This document shows, one piece after another, positions 54,166 to 64,000 of a DNA stretch of 64,000 bases (positions within the stretch are counted from its first letter, which is position 1; each line of letters starts with the position of its first letter). The position numbers and the translations under genes are program-made. The stretch is from Actinomycetes bacterium. Its GTDB lineage: Bacteria > Actinomycetota > Actinomycetes > S36-B12. Where the stretch lies: the NCBI GenBank assembly GCA_037130755.1, contig JBAXSI010000007.1, positions 8,855 to 72,854 of the forward strand. Reading direction: 5' to 3'. The notes below the pieces were generated by a model. It saw only the letters and a list, made by a program, of their open reading frames with translations. It was not told the DNA's origin and ran no database searches.

Positions 54166-55281
54166 CTAGGCGCGCACGTCGAACTCGCGCTCACGCAGCG
54201 CGGAGATCAGCTTCTCCCCCGCCTCCGGTCGCACGTATAGCGCAACGAGGCCGCTCGGGCGGCCGAACACGTGCTCGATGCGGATGTCCTCGAGGTTCAC
54301 CGAGGCATCGCCGACCGCGGCGAAGAGCCGAGCCAGTTCGCCCGGCCGGTCGGCCACGATGACGCTGATCTCGCGATAGGCGGACGGCGCCGCACCATGC
54401 TTGCCGGGGATGCGCTGCTGGCCTGCGACACCCAACGCCAGCACCTCGGCGACCTCCGCCTCGACCGTGTCGAGGGATGCGTTGTCGGCCATCTCGCGAA
54501 GTGCGGCCACCGTGCGCTGCAGGTCGCGGACCACGCCGTCGATCACGTCGGCGACAGGTCCGGCGTTCGCCGCGAGGATGTCCGACCACATGCCAACGTT
54601 CGATGCCGCGATGCGAGTCATGTCACGAAGTCCCTGCCCCGCGATCCGCACGTGGTCGGCGTCGGCATCCAGCAACTGGCCTGCCAGCACGCTCGACAGG
54701 ACCTGCGGAGTGTGCGAGACGAGTGCGACCGCCGAGTCGTGGTCTGCTGACGACATCTCGACCGGGAACGCCCCGCATGCCGAGACGAGCCGGTGCACCT
54801 GGCGCACATGCTCGATCCCGCTCGTGGGCAGCGGTGTGACGACCCAGAGCCGGTCGTCCATGAGGTCAGCGCGCGCGCCCGCTGCTCCGCTCACCTCACG
54901 CCCCGCCATCGGGTGACCACCGACCAGTCGATGCGCATCAGCGCCCAGTGCGATGGCATCGGCAATGACCCGCGCCTTCACCGACGTCACGTCCGTGATC
55001 GTCGCATCGGAGAATCGCGACGAGGCGTCGGCGATCACCGCGGGTGCGTAGCGGGGAGGAACGGCCACCACGACGAGGCAGGGCTGCTCGTCACCGGACA
55101 GGACGCGCCCGGCCCCCGCCTCCTGCGCGACGCGGAGGTTCTCCACGTCGACGTCCGAGAGGAGCACGTCCACGCCGGCACGACGCAATCCCAAGGCAAC
55201 GGACGTCCCGATGAGACCCGTGCCGATGACGAGGACGGGCCGGTCGAAGACTGGAGTGCTGGCGTCGGCGCCGAAGGTCAT
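54166..55281 (-). CDS. tyrA: prephenate dehydrogenase with C-terminal ACT domain
   Basis: 371-aa ORF with Rossmann VLVIGTGLIGTS, GGHPMAG, and a C-terminal ACT-like segment. ATGA overlap with aroH. Confidence 0.9.
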   Translation of the reverse strand: MTFGADASTPVFDRPVLVIGTGLIGTSVALGLRRAGVDVLLSDVDVENLRVAQEAGAGRVLSGDEQPCLVVVAVPPRYAPAVIADASSRFSDATITDVTSVKARVIADAIALGADAHRLVGGHPMAGREVSGAAGARADLMDDRLWVVTPLPTSGIEHVRQVHRLVSACGAFPVEMSSADHDSAVALVSHTPQVLSSVLAGQLLDADADHVRIAGQGLRDMTRIAASNVGMWSDILAANAGPVADVIDGVVRDLQRTVAALREMADNASLDTVEAEVAEVLALGVAGQQRIPGKHGAAPSAYREISVIVADRPGELARLFAAVGDASVNLEDIRIEHVFGRPSGLVALYVRPEAGEKLISALREREFDVRA

Positions 55282-55640
55282 TGCACGAGGTCCTGTCGCA
55301 GCACCTCGGCGCCGCGCAGGTACACGTGCGAGATCTGCGAGCGCGGCATGTCCACGTCGATGTGCATCAGGACCCGCACCACACGCTCAAGGGCACCGGC
55401 GACGTCCATCTCCTGGGCGCAGAGCAGTGGGACGTCGACAAGGCCGATCGCGCGGGCGCCGACCGCCGGGAAGGAACACGTCAGGTCGGGCGTGCCAGTC
55501 AGGATCACGCTGACGAGGTCGTCGCTGGTCAGCGAGTTTCGGGCCATCATCTCCGTCAGGAGTTCGCCCACCGCCTCGATCATCTCCGCCTTGTCGTCGG
55601 CGGACAAGCACGTTGCGCCTCGAATCCCACGCAGCGCCAT
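55278..55640 (-). CDS. aroH: chorismate mutase, AroH class
   Basis: Start at ATG 55640 (GAGGGGAG upstream). MALRGIRGATC is the characteristic AroH N-terminus. Confidence 0.85.
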   Translation of the reverse strand: MALRGIRGATCLSADDKAEMIEAVGELLTEMMARNSLTSDDLVSVILTGTPDLTCSFPAVGARAIGLVDVPLLCAQEMDVAGALERVVRVLMHIDVDMPRSQISHVYLRGAEVLRQDLVQ

Positions 55641-55713
55641 CGACGTCGCTCCCCTCGGCATCGCCGGCGGGCCACCGGCCGCACCACTGTACCGAGGGGG
55701 CCGGTCCGACCCG

Positions 55714-56457
55714 CTAGAGACCGACCGCCGTGTAGAGCGCCCGCAGTTCCGGGCCGGTGATGGCGCGCAGGACCCCGGGACGCTGCTGGCCGAGGTGCAC
55801 CGGCCCGATGCGGGTGCGGACCAGGTCGGTGACGGGGTAGCCGACCTCGGCCATCATTCGCCGAACGATGCGATTGCGACCCTCGTGGATGACGAGCTCG
55901 ACCAGCGAGCGGTCCGGGGTCTTCTGCACCAACCGCGCCGAGTCGCATCGAGCCGGGCCATCATCGAGCTGGACACCGTCGCGGAGGGCGCGTAGTGCCT
56001 GTGTGGTCACCTGCCCGCGAACCGTGGCGATGTAGGTCTTGTCGATCTCATGTGAGGGGTGACCGAGCCGGTTCGCCAGCTCGCCATCGTTGGTGAGGAT
56101 CAGCAGTCCCTCGGTGTCGGCGTCGAGCCGTCCGACATGGAACAGCCGCTCGGCTCGATCGCGCAGGTAGTCGCCCACGCACGGTCGGCCCTGCTCGTCG
56201 GACATCGTGGTGACCACACCGCGAGGCTTGTTGAAGGCGAGCACCGAAATGTCGGGCGCTGTCGGCACGCGCTCGCCATCCACCCGCACGACTGCCGTGA
56301 GCGGATCGATGCGCATCCCCTGCTCGGTGACCAGCCTGCCGTCGACCTCGACCCGACCCTGGTCGATGAGCGCCTCGCAGGCGCGACGGCTCCCGAGTCC
56401 GGCCAGGGCCAGCACCTTCTGGAGCCTGACGAGGTTCGCGTCGTCGCGCTCAGGCAT
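55714..56457 (-). CDS. rluB: pseudouridine synthase (RsuA/RluB family)
   Basis: 247-aa ORF with an S4 domain (VRLQKVLALAGLGSRR) and the catalytic HVGRLDADTEGLL motif. Confidence 0.9.
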   Translation of the reverse strand: MPERDDANLVRLQKVLALAGLGSRRACEALIDQGRVEVDGRLVTEQGMRIDPLTAVVRVDGERVPTAPDISVLAFNKPRGVVTTMSDEQGRPCVGDYLRDRAERLFHVGRLDADTEGLLILTNDGELANRLGHPSHEIDKTYIATVRGQVTTQALRALRDGVQLDDGPARCDSARLVQKTPDRSLVELVIHEGRNRIVRRMMAEVGYPVTDLVRTRIGPVHLGQQRPGVLRAITGPELRALYTAVGL

Positions 56458-56475
56458 GACGAGCCGGGGCTGACA

Positions 56476-57141
56476 TCACTCGATGCCCGAGACCGAGTCC
56501 AGGACGTCCTCCAGCTCGGACAGATCGGGCAGGTGCTCGGCCAGGGGCGGCAGGTCGTCGAGGGACGCGATGCCCATGCGCTCGAGGAAGTACGACGTCG
56601 TGCGGTACAGGTGCGCTCCGGACTCGCCGTCGTGCCCGGCCTCCGCAATCAGGCCCCGGGAGAGCAGCGTGCGGATGACGCCGTCGACGTTGACGCCGCG
56701 CACAGCGCTGACGCGTCCGCGGGTGAGCGGCTGCCGGTAGGCGATCACCGCCAGGGTCTCGAGGGATGCCTGCGTCAACCGGGCCTGCTGGCCGTCGAGC
56801 ACGAATCGCTCGACGAGCGGCGCGCAGTCCACGCGCGTGTAGTAGCGCCAGCCACCGGCGACCTCGCGAAGGTCGAAGCCGCGACCCTGAGCGGTGTACT
56901 CCTCGGCGAGCTGCCGCACGACCTCGTCCACCTCCCCGGACGGGCTGCGCGTCGCTGCGGCGAGGTCCATGACGGTCATCGGCTCGTCCGCCAGGAGAAG
57001 CAGTGCCTCCACCGCTGCTGACAGCGAGGGCGCGCCAAGGCTCTGGTCGACGTCATCGGTCGTCGCTGACTCGAGGTCCTCGATCTGCTCGTCGGCGACT
57101 TCGTCCTGATCCTCGACGGCGACGTCGTTCGCGTCAGTCAT
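56476..57141 (-). CDS. scpB: SMC-Scp complex subunit ScpB
   Basis: Start at MTDANDV. AVEALLLLADEPM...YRQPLTRGRVSAVRGVNVDGV is the typical ScpB winged-helix pair. Eight-nt overlap with scpA. Confidence 0.9.
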   Translation of the reverse strand: MTDANDVAVEDQDEVADEQIEDLESATTDDVDQSLGAPSLSAAVEALLLLADEPMTVMDLAAATRSPSGEVDEVVRQLAEEYTAQGRGFDLREVAGGWRYYTRVDCAPLVERFVLDGQQARLTQASLETLAVIAYRQPLTRGRVSAVRGVNVDGVIRTLLSRGLIAEAGHDGESGAHLYRTTSYFLERMGIASLDDLPPLAEHLPDLSELEDVLDSVSGIE

Positions 57142-58000
57142 GTGTCTGCTCCTCCTCGGTAACGACCACACCGTCGACCTCACGGTCGACTTCGCGCTCG
57201 ACGTCGAACTCATCTGTCACCTGGATGTCGGCATCGTCGGCACCCGTCCAGCGGATCGTCAGGTCGCCGAGCGGCGTCAACTGCTCGAAGGCCACCACCT
57301 GCTCGCGGTACAGCTCGAGGAGGGCGAGGAATCGTCCGACCACGACAAGGGTCGTGTCGCTGTCGGCGATCAGCGCCCGGAAGGTGATGGTGCCGTGCCG
57401 ACGCAGACGCTCGACGATGATCTGCGCCTGCTCGCGGACACTGACCCGCTGCACGTGGATGTGCGCCGTCGACACCTCCTGCACCGGCTTGGGCGCCAGC
57501 GCCCGAGCGGCCATGGCAGCGAACTGGTCGATGCCGAGCCCGATCAGGACTTCCGGCAGCATGGCAGCGAACTGCGGCTCCAGCCCCACCGTGCGCGGGT
57601 AGCTTCGGCTTGCGCGCGCCATACGCTCGGCGAACAGCGCCGAGACCTCCTTGTAGGCGCGGTACTGAAGGAGTCGGGCGAAGAGCAGGTCGCGCGCCTC
57701 GAGCAGGGCGAGATCCTCCTCGTCCTCGACCTCCCCGCTGGGCAGCAGCCGCGCGGCCTTCAGGTCGAGCAGTGTCGCTGCGACAACCAGGAAGCCACTG
57801 GCCTCATCGAGGTCCCAGCCCGTGCCCTGGCCGCGGATGTAGCCGATGAACTCGTCCGTCACCTGATGCAGTGCGAGTTCGGTCACCTCGAGCTTGTGCT
57901 TGGAGATGAGCGTGAGGAGGAGGTCGAACGGGCCGTCGAACTCGCCGACACGCACCATGAAGCCGGATGCCGGCGCATCCGCCTCGGTGGGCGTGCTCAC
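57134..58000 (-). CDS. scpA: segregation and condensation protein A
   Basis: 288-aa ORF with FDGPFDLLLTLISKHKLEVTELAL, the typical ScpA N-terminus. GTGA overlap with the parA-like stop. Confidence 0.9.
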   Translation of the reverse strand: MSTPTEADAPASGFMVRVGEFDGPFDLLLTLISKHKLEVTELALHQVTDEFIGYIRGQGTGWDLDEASGFLVVAATLLDLKAARLLPSGEVEDEEDLALLEARDLLFARLLQYRAYKEVSALFAERMARASRSYPRTVGLEPQFAAMLPEVLIGLGIDQFAAMAARALAPKPVQEVSTAHIHVQRVSVREQAQIIVERLRRHGTITFRALIADSDTTLVVVGRFLALLELYREQVVAFEQLTPLGDLTIRWTGADDADIQVTDEFDVEREVDREVDGVVVTEEEQTHD

Positions 58001-58932
58001 CTGGCCAGGACCTCCCGTGCCAACTGGATGTAGGCCTCAGAACCGGAACTGCCCGGTGCAAACGCAGTGATCGGCTCGCCTGCCACCGCGGCATCCGGGA
58101 ACTTGACCGTGCGATTGATGACGGTGGTGAACACGAGGTCACCGAACGCCTGCTGCACGGTGGACAGGACCTCACGGCTGTGCAGCGTGCGCGGGTCGTA
58201 CATCGTGGGGAGGACGCCGATGACCTGAAGGGTCGGGTTGAGCCGCGAGGTCACCTTGTCGATCGTGTCCTTCAGGAGTGCGACGCCGCGAAGCGCGAAG
58301 TACTCGGTCTCCATCGGGATGATGACGCCACTGCTGGCGGTGAGCGCGTTCAGGGTGAGCAGGCCCAGCGACGGCTGGCAGTCGATGAGGACGATGTCGT
58401 ACTCGTCCATCACCGGAGCCAGGGCGCGCCCGAGAGCGTGCTCGCGGCCCACCTCGCTGACGAGTTGCACCTCCGCGGCAGACAGGTCGATGTTGCTCGG
58501 CAGCAGGTCCAGGTTCTCGATGTCGGTCGAGATGATGACGTCACCGACGTGGCAGTCGTGCTGGGTGAGCAGGTTGTAGATCGTCAGGTCGAGCTCATTG
58601 GGATTGATGCCCAGCGACACCGACAGGGCGCCCTGCGGATCGAAGTCCACCAGGAGCACGCGGCGGCCGTAGCCGGCGAGCGCGGCCCCAAGGCTCACGG
58701 TCGAGGTCGTCTTGCCGACCCCGCCCTTCTGGTTGACCATGGCGATCACCCGCGCCGGACCATGCGAGGTGAGCACGGGAGGCTCGGGGATGACCGCAGC
58801 GGTCGTCACGACGCCCGCGGGGGGCTGCTCTGACAGATCGTCGGCGATGACTGCTCCTAGCTGCTCGATGGGGACGTCGAGGGCGGGGGCCTCCCACGCC
58901 GGCAGCCCCTGACCGGGGCCTTCTGACTCCAT
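57997..58932 (-). CDS. ParA/Soj family ATPase
   Basis: Start at ATG 58932 (GGAGGAAC RBS). The deviant Walker A NQKGGVGKTT and VLLVDFDPQG are present. The 167-aa track extension is rejected. Confidence 0.9.
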   Translation of the reverse strand: MESEGPGQGLPAWEAPALDVPIEQLGAVIADDLSEQPPAGVVTTAAVIPEPPVLTSHGPARVIAMVNQKGGVGKTTSTVSLGAALAGYGRRVLLVDFDPQGALSVSLGINPNELDLTIYNLLTQHDCHVGDVIISTDIENLDLLPSNIDLSAAEVQLVSEVGREHALGRALAPVMDEYDIVLIDCQPSLGLLTLNALTASSGVIIPMETEYFALRGVALLKDTIDKVTSRLNPTLQVIGVLPTMYDPRTLHSREVLSTVQQAFGDLVFTTVINRTVKFPDAAVAGEPITAFAPGSSGSEAYIQLAREVLAR

Positions 58933-58964
58933 GGTTGTTCCTCCTTCGAGCGGCGCCTGTGAGC

Positions 58965-59714
58965 CTACCCGCCCAGCCACGTCCCGAGGCGGAGCACCGC
59001 CGTCGCCGCTCGGCGCGCCTCGCCAGCGGATACGTGATGGTCCAATTCGACCGTGATGGCGATGGTCTTGAGCACCCCATCGATCCACTGGGTCATGGTC
59101 CCGTGGCAGGGGCCGGCACAGGTGACGATCGCCGCCCTTTCCCCCATCCACGCGGCCAGCCGACGGCCCGCTTCCCGGCTGCGCTCGTGGGTGATGTCGA
59201 CCAGGTCGAAGGCCTGGTGGTACGACAGGACGGCGGCCGGCTTCACACGGGTCAGGAACCGGATGACACCGCGGGTCTCCGGCTCGCTGGCCGCCCGAGG
59301 GCCGGGCCAGTAGACGCCGCGGGCGCGGACCGCCTGCCAGCCCGCCGGGTAGTTGCGGTTCAGGTCCACGCCATGGGCGTTGGCCCGAGTGTGCCGCCGG
59401 TCCCCGTCGGGGTTGATGGTGCTGATCAGCCACATCCCCACGCCGCCGGGCACCGGCCGACTGGCCAGCTCCTTCACGACCTCCTTGCCACCTGGCTCAC
59501 TTCCGTGCATCTGTCCGATGACAACGAGCTGGACCGGTGCATCGAGCGCCCCGTAGTGCCGGGCGACGATCTCGGTCCCGTCGACGGAATGGGCGATGAC
59601 CCGTCGATCGTTCGCGGGCCGGCCCGCGGATTCGGGGACGGCCATCGCCGGCGCCGCCAGCCCGAAGCCCACCAGCACGGCTGTGGCGGCCACCACCGCG
59701 CGGCGCGGTATCAC
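58965..59714 (-). CDS. secreted M14-family zinc carboxypeptidase (gamma-D-glutamyl-meso-DAP peptidase-like)
   Basis: 249-aa ORF with signal peptide ...AAPAMA. Contains HGSEPGG (HxxE zinc site), NPDG, NRNYP and a late His. GTGA overlap with the xerD stop. Confidence 0.75.
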   Translation of the reverse strand: MIPRRAVVAATAVLVGFGLAAPAMAVPESAGRPANDRRVIAHSVDGTEIVARHYGALDAPVQLVVIGQMHGSEPGGKEVVKELASRPVPGGVGMWLISTINPDGDRRHTRANAHGVDLNRNYPAGWQAVRARGVYWPGPRAASEPETRGVIRFLTRVKPAAVLSYHQAFDLVDITHERSREAGRRLAAWMGERAAIVTCAGPCHGTMTQWIDGVLKTIAITVELDHHVSAGEARRAATAVLRLGTWLGG

Positions 59715-60631
59715 TGCGCCCTCGGATGGCTGGTTCGGTAGACCGTCTGCAGCGTGTCGATGGTGACCATCGTGTAGATCTGCGTTGTCGTGACGGACGA
59801 GTGGCCGAGCAGTTCCTGCACGACGCGGACGTCGGCCCCGCCCTCGAGCAGGTGGGTCGCGAAGCTGTGCCGAAGGCTGTGGGGGCTGACGGTCGCCGTG
59901 ACTCCCGCCCGCGCAGCGGCCTGCTGCACCACCGCGTATGCGCTCTGCCGGGACAGCGGGCGCCCGAGGGTATTGAGAAACAGCCGAGCCGTCCCCTTGC
60001 CCTTGACGACCAGAGCGGCGCGCCCGCGCACCAGGTATGCCTCGATCGCGTTCGCCGCGAACTCGCCGAGGGGCAGCAGTCGCTGCTTGTTGCCCTTGCC
60101 TGTGACCACCACCGTCAGCGTCTCGAGGTCAACGTCGTCGACGTCGAGGTCGATGGCCTCCGACACGCGCGCACCGGTGCCGTAGAGGAACTCGACCAGC
60201 GCACGATCGCGCAGTCCCGGGGGGGTCTCGTCGTCCCCCGCGTGGTCGATGATCGCCTTGACTTCTGCATAAGGCAGCGCCTTCGGCAGTCGGCGCGGGA
60301 TGGCGATCGGGCGCACGTGCTTCGACGGGTCCGCACGCGCCATCCCCTCCTTGCTTGCGAACCTGTGCATCGATCGCACCGACACGACCGCACGCGATGC
60401 GCTGGACGCTGCCAGCGGCGGGTGGTCGGGCGAGCCCTGCCGCAACGATGCGGCGAAGTCGGCGATGTCGTTCTCCGTCACCGCGTCGATGCCGACGAGT
60501 CCGCGACCGGCGCACCAGGCGACGTAGCGGTCGAGGTCACGTCGATAGGACGCCACCGTGTTGGCCGACAGACCTCGCTCGATGGTGACGTGATCGAGGT
60601 AGCCGGCAACGCAGTCGGTCAGAGTTGTCAG
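59711..60631 (-). CDS. xerD: site-specific tyrosine recombinase XerD
   Basis: [33 protein letters not shown]... has the same register as mycobacterial XerD as I recall it. The catalytic part contains ARVSE, HSLRHSFATHLL, LLGHSS and Y near the C-terminus. The only start-like codon at the homologous N-terminus is CTG 60631. The 143-aa track extension overlaps ald. Confidence 0.9.
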   Translation of the reverse strand: MTTLTDCVAGYLDHVTIERGLSANTVASYRRDLDRYVAWCAGRGLVGIDAVTENDIADFAASLRQGSPDHPPLAASSASRAVVSVRSMHRFASKEGMARADPSKHVRPIAIPRRLPKALPYAEVKAIIDHAGDDETPPGLRDRALVEFLYGTGARVSEAIDLDVDDVDLETLTVVVTGKGNKQRLLPLGEFAANAIEAYLVRGRAALVVKGKGTARLFLNTLGRPLSRQSAYAVVQQAAARAGVTATVSPHSLRHSFATHLLEGGADVRVVQELLGHSSVTTTQIYTMVTIDTLQTVYRTSHPRAQ

Positions 60632-61743
60632 ACGAGGACCTCTTCGAGGGTGACCTTGTTCATGCCGAACGCATCTGCCACGGCACCGTAGGTGACCTGC
60701 CCGTCGTGGACGTTCAGGCCCAGCGCTAGTGCGTGATCGTCCTTGAGCGCCTTCTTCCAGCCCTTGTTGGCCAGTGCGACGGCGTACGGCAGCGTCACGT
60801 TCGTCAGCGCGTAAGTCGACGTGTTCGGCACGGCGCCGGGCATGTTCGCGACGCAGTAGAACAGTGAGTTGTGGACCGGGTACGTGGGATCGGCGTGCGT
60901 GGTGGCATGTGAGTCCTCGAAGCAGCCGCCCTGGTCGATAGCGATGTCGACGAGCACCGAGCCCGGCTTCATCCGCGAGACCAGTTCGTTGGTGACCAGC
61001 TTCGGCGCCTTCGCGCCAGGCACCAGAACGGCACCGATGACCATGTCGGCATCGACGCATGCACGGTCGATCTCGTAGGCATTCGACGCGATGGTCTGCA
61101 TGTGGCCCTGGTAGATGGCGTCCATCTGACGCAGTCGGCCGATGTTGTTGTCGAGCAGGAGCACCTCGGCCTGCATGCCGAGCGCGATAGCGGCGGCGTT
61201 CTGGCCGGCGACGCCGGCACCGATGACGACGACCTTCGCGGCGTACACGCCCGAGACGCCGCCCATCAGGACGCCACGGCCGCCGTGGGCTCGCATCAGC
61301 GCGTTGGCGCCGACCTGCGGAGCCAGTCGTCCGGCCACCTCCGACATGGGGGCGAGCAGCGGCAGCGAGTGATCGGGAAGCTCGACGGTCTCGTAGGCGA
61401 TGGCCGTGACCTTGCGCTTCACCAGTTCCTCAGTGAGCGGCTTGTCGGCGGCGAGGTGCAGGTAGGTGAACAGGACCTGGCCTTCGCGCATGCGGTCGTA
61501 CTCCGCGGCGATGGGCTCCTTGACCTTGCAGATCATGTCCGCCGAGCCCCACACGTCGTCGGCGGTCGGCAGGATCGTCGCGCCGGCCTTGACGTAGTCC
61601 TCGTTGGGGATGGACGAGCCAACGCCCGCGTCGTGCTCGATGACCACTTCGTGGCCGTTGCGCACCAGTTCGAACACCCCGGCCGGAGTGATGGCCACCC
61701 GGTACTCGTGGTTCTTGATCTCGCGCGGGATTCCGACCTTCAC
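60628..61743 (-). CDS. ald: alanine dehydrogenase
   Basis: 371-aa ORF with [22 protein letters not shown] and the NAD site [14 protein letters not shown]. Confidence 0.95.
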   Translation of the reverse strand: MKVGIPREIKNHEYRVAITPAGVFELVRNGHEVVIEHDAGVGSSIPNEDYVKAGATILPTADDVWGSADMICKVKEPIAAEYDRMREGQVLFTYLHLAADKPLTEELVKRKVTAIAYETVELPDHSLPLLAPMSEVAGRLAPQVGANALMRAHGGRGVLMGGVSGVYAAKVVVIGAGVAGQNAAAIALGMQAEVLLLDNNIGRLRQMDAIYQGHMQTIASNAYEIDRACVDADMVIGAVLVPGAKAPKLVTNELVSRMKPGSVLVDIAIDQGGCFEDSHATTHADPTYPVHNSLFYCVANMPGAVPNTSTYALTNVTLPYAVALANKGWKKALKDDHALALGLNVHDGQVTYGAVADAFGMNKVTLEEVLV

Positions 61744-61857
61744 GTTCGCCTCGCAGACTCATGCCGCCCCGAATGGGACGTCGGTGGGCCTAGCGTAGGG
61801 CGGACATCTAGGACGGTGGGGTCATTGCGGATTCCGAATCGGAGCATCCGGCCCCGG

Positions 61858-62543
61858 TCAGGCTCCGGTTTGGCGTCGCTCGAACACCCGGTCATGCCGC
61901 AGGAGGTCCACCCTCGCCGGCCAGGCCGCGTCGGCGGGCCGCAACGACGACCAGCCTTCCGCGCGAGCCGCCACGGCCGCGAGGATCCCCGCCACGGCCG
62001 AGGGGCTGCCGATCTGGCCGCCGAGAACCAGGTCCCGGGCCGCCAGCAGCGGGACCCAGGTCCGCGGCAGGTGCGCCTCCTCAGCCTCGCCGGTGTGCTC
62101 GCGACCGTCAGGCAGGGTGCTCAGTCCGCGGGCCAGGTAGATCCGGATGGCCTCCGAGGAACCGCCCGGGCTCAGGTACATGTCGAGCAGCACGTGCCAT
62201 TGCGTCGCCTCGTAGCCCGCCTCCTCGGCCAGCTCGCGCGCGGCGGTGCGCCACGGCTGCTCCCCCGGCTCGTCGAGCAGGCCGGCAGGCGGCTCGAACA
62301 GGAATCTGCCGACCGGATGCCGGTACTGGCGGATCAGCAGAACGCGGTCGGCATCGTCGAGCGCGATGACGGCGACGGCACCAGGGTGGAGTTGCACGTC
62401 CCTCGTCGCCGAAGACGCGCCGAAGTCGACGCGGTCGCTGACGATCGACCACACATGGCCCGTGAATCGTTCGGTCCGCTCGGTCACCGGCAGCGGTTCA
62501 CCACCGTCGATGATCGGCCCGGCCCACTCCTCGGAGTCGGCGG

Positions 62544-62547
<4 letters not shown>
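61858..62547 (-). CDS. NUDIX hydrolase (ADP-ribose pyrophosphatase-like)
   Basis: 229-aa ORF with Nudix box [24 protein letters not shown]. Four-nt overlap with the pyrG stop. Confidence 0.9.

Positions 62548-64000
<1,453 letters not shown>

Noticed and set aside
58933-59433. 167-aa extension of the ParA-like ORF
   Set aside because: It overlaps the M14 peptidase gene in another frame. A strong RBS and the homologous start are at 58932.

Overview
This is a high-GC (about 70%) actinobacterial chromosome segment. From gene order I guess a Nocardioides-like or Propionibacteriales organism, at low confidence. I support about 70 protein genes, 5 tRNAs and a few hairpin terminators. There are no rRNA genes, CRISPR arrays, IS elements or integrases. 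Most genes are conserved core blocks, largely on the minus strand and tightly coupled by ATGA/GTGA start-stop overlaps. The first core block is yebC-pdxT-pdxS. The second is the phosphatidylinositol-mannoside block pimA / acyltransferase / pgsA1, then HIT and thrS. The third is pyrG-nudix-ald-xerD-M14 peptidase-parA-scpA-scpB-rluB-aroH-tyrA-nucleoside phosphorylase-cmk-PlsC-like-der. Many long ORFs in the supplied track are antisense or off-frame shadows typical of high-GC DNA, and I rejected them. Six accessory or unusual parts stand out. (1) Three tandem paralogous secreted Ig-like repeat proteins lie at 13.7-18.2 kb, framed by a split tRNA cluster. (2) A carbohydrate locus at 22.0-31.3 kb encodes ABC transporter, LacD-family aldolase, FGGY kinase, LacI and PfkB kinase, is preceded by three perfect-period 13-bp direct repeats (candidate operator array), and has a PfkB gene with no canonical start codon at its homologous N-terminus. 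(3) LigC and Prim-PolC lie together, with a translationally coupled RibD_C-like gene. (4) Two tandem GT87/DUF2029-like membrane glycosyltransferase paralogs sit beside glgX. (5) A small accessory islet at 42-47.5 kb holds a minimal AAA+ protein whose P-loop is replaced in frame (GPPGTGKT position reads GEDRRNRR). (6) The same islet holds a 54-aa LysW-like zinc-ribbon ORF, absent from the ORF track, that ends in ...EDWGQ instead of the canonical ...EDWGE and has no LysX/Y/Z partners. None of these is proven novel from sequence alone. The Ig-like triplet, the LysW-like orphan, the P-loop-dead AAA and the sugar locus with its operator array are the best candidates for follow-up.
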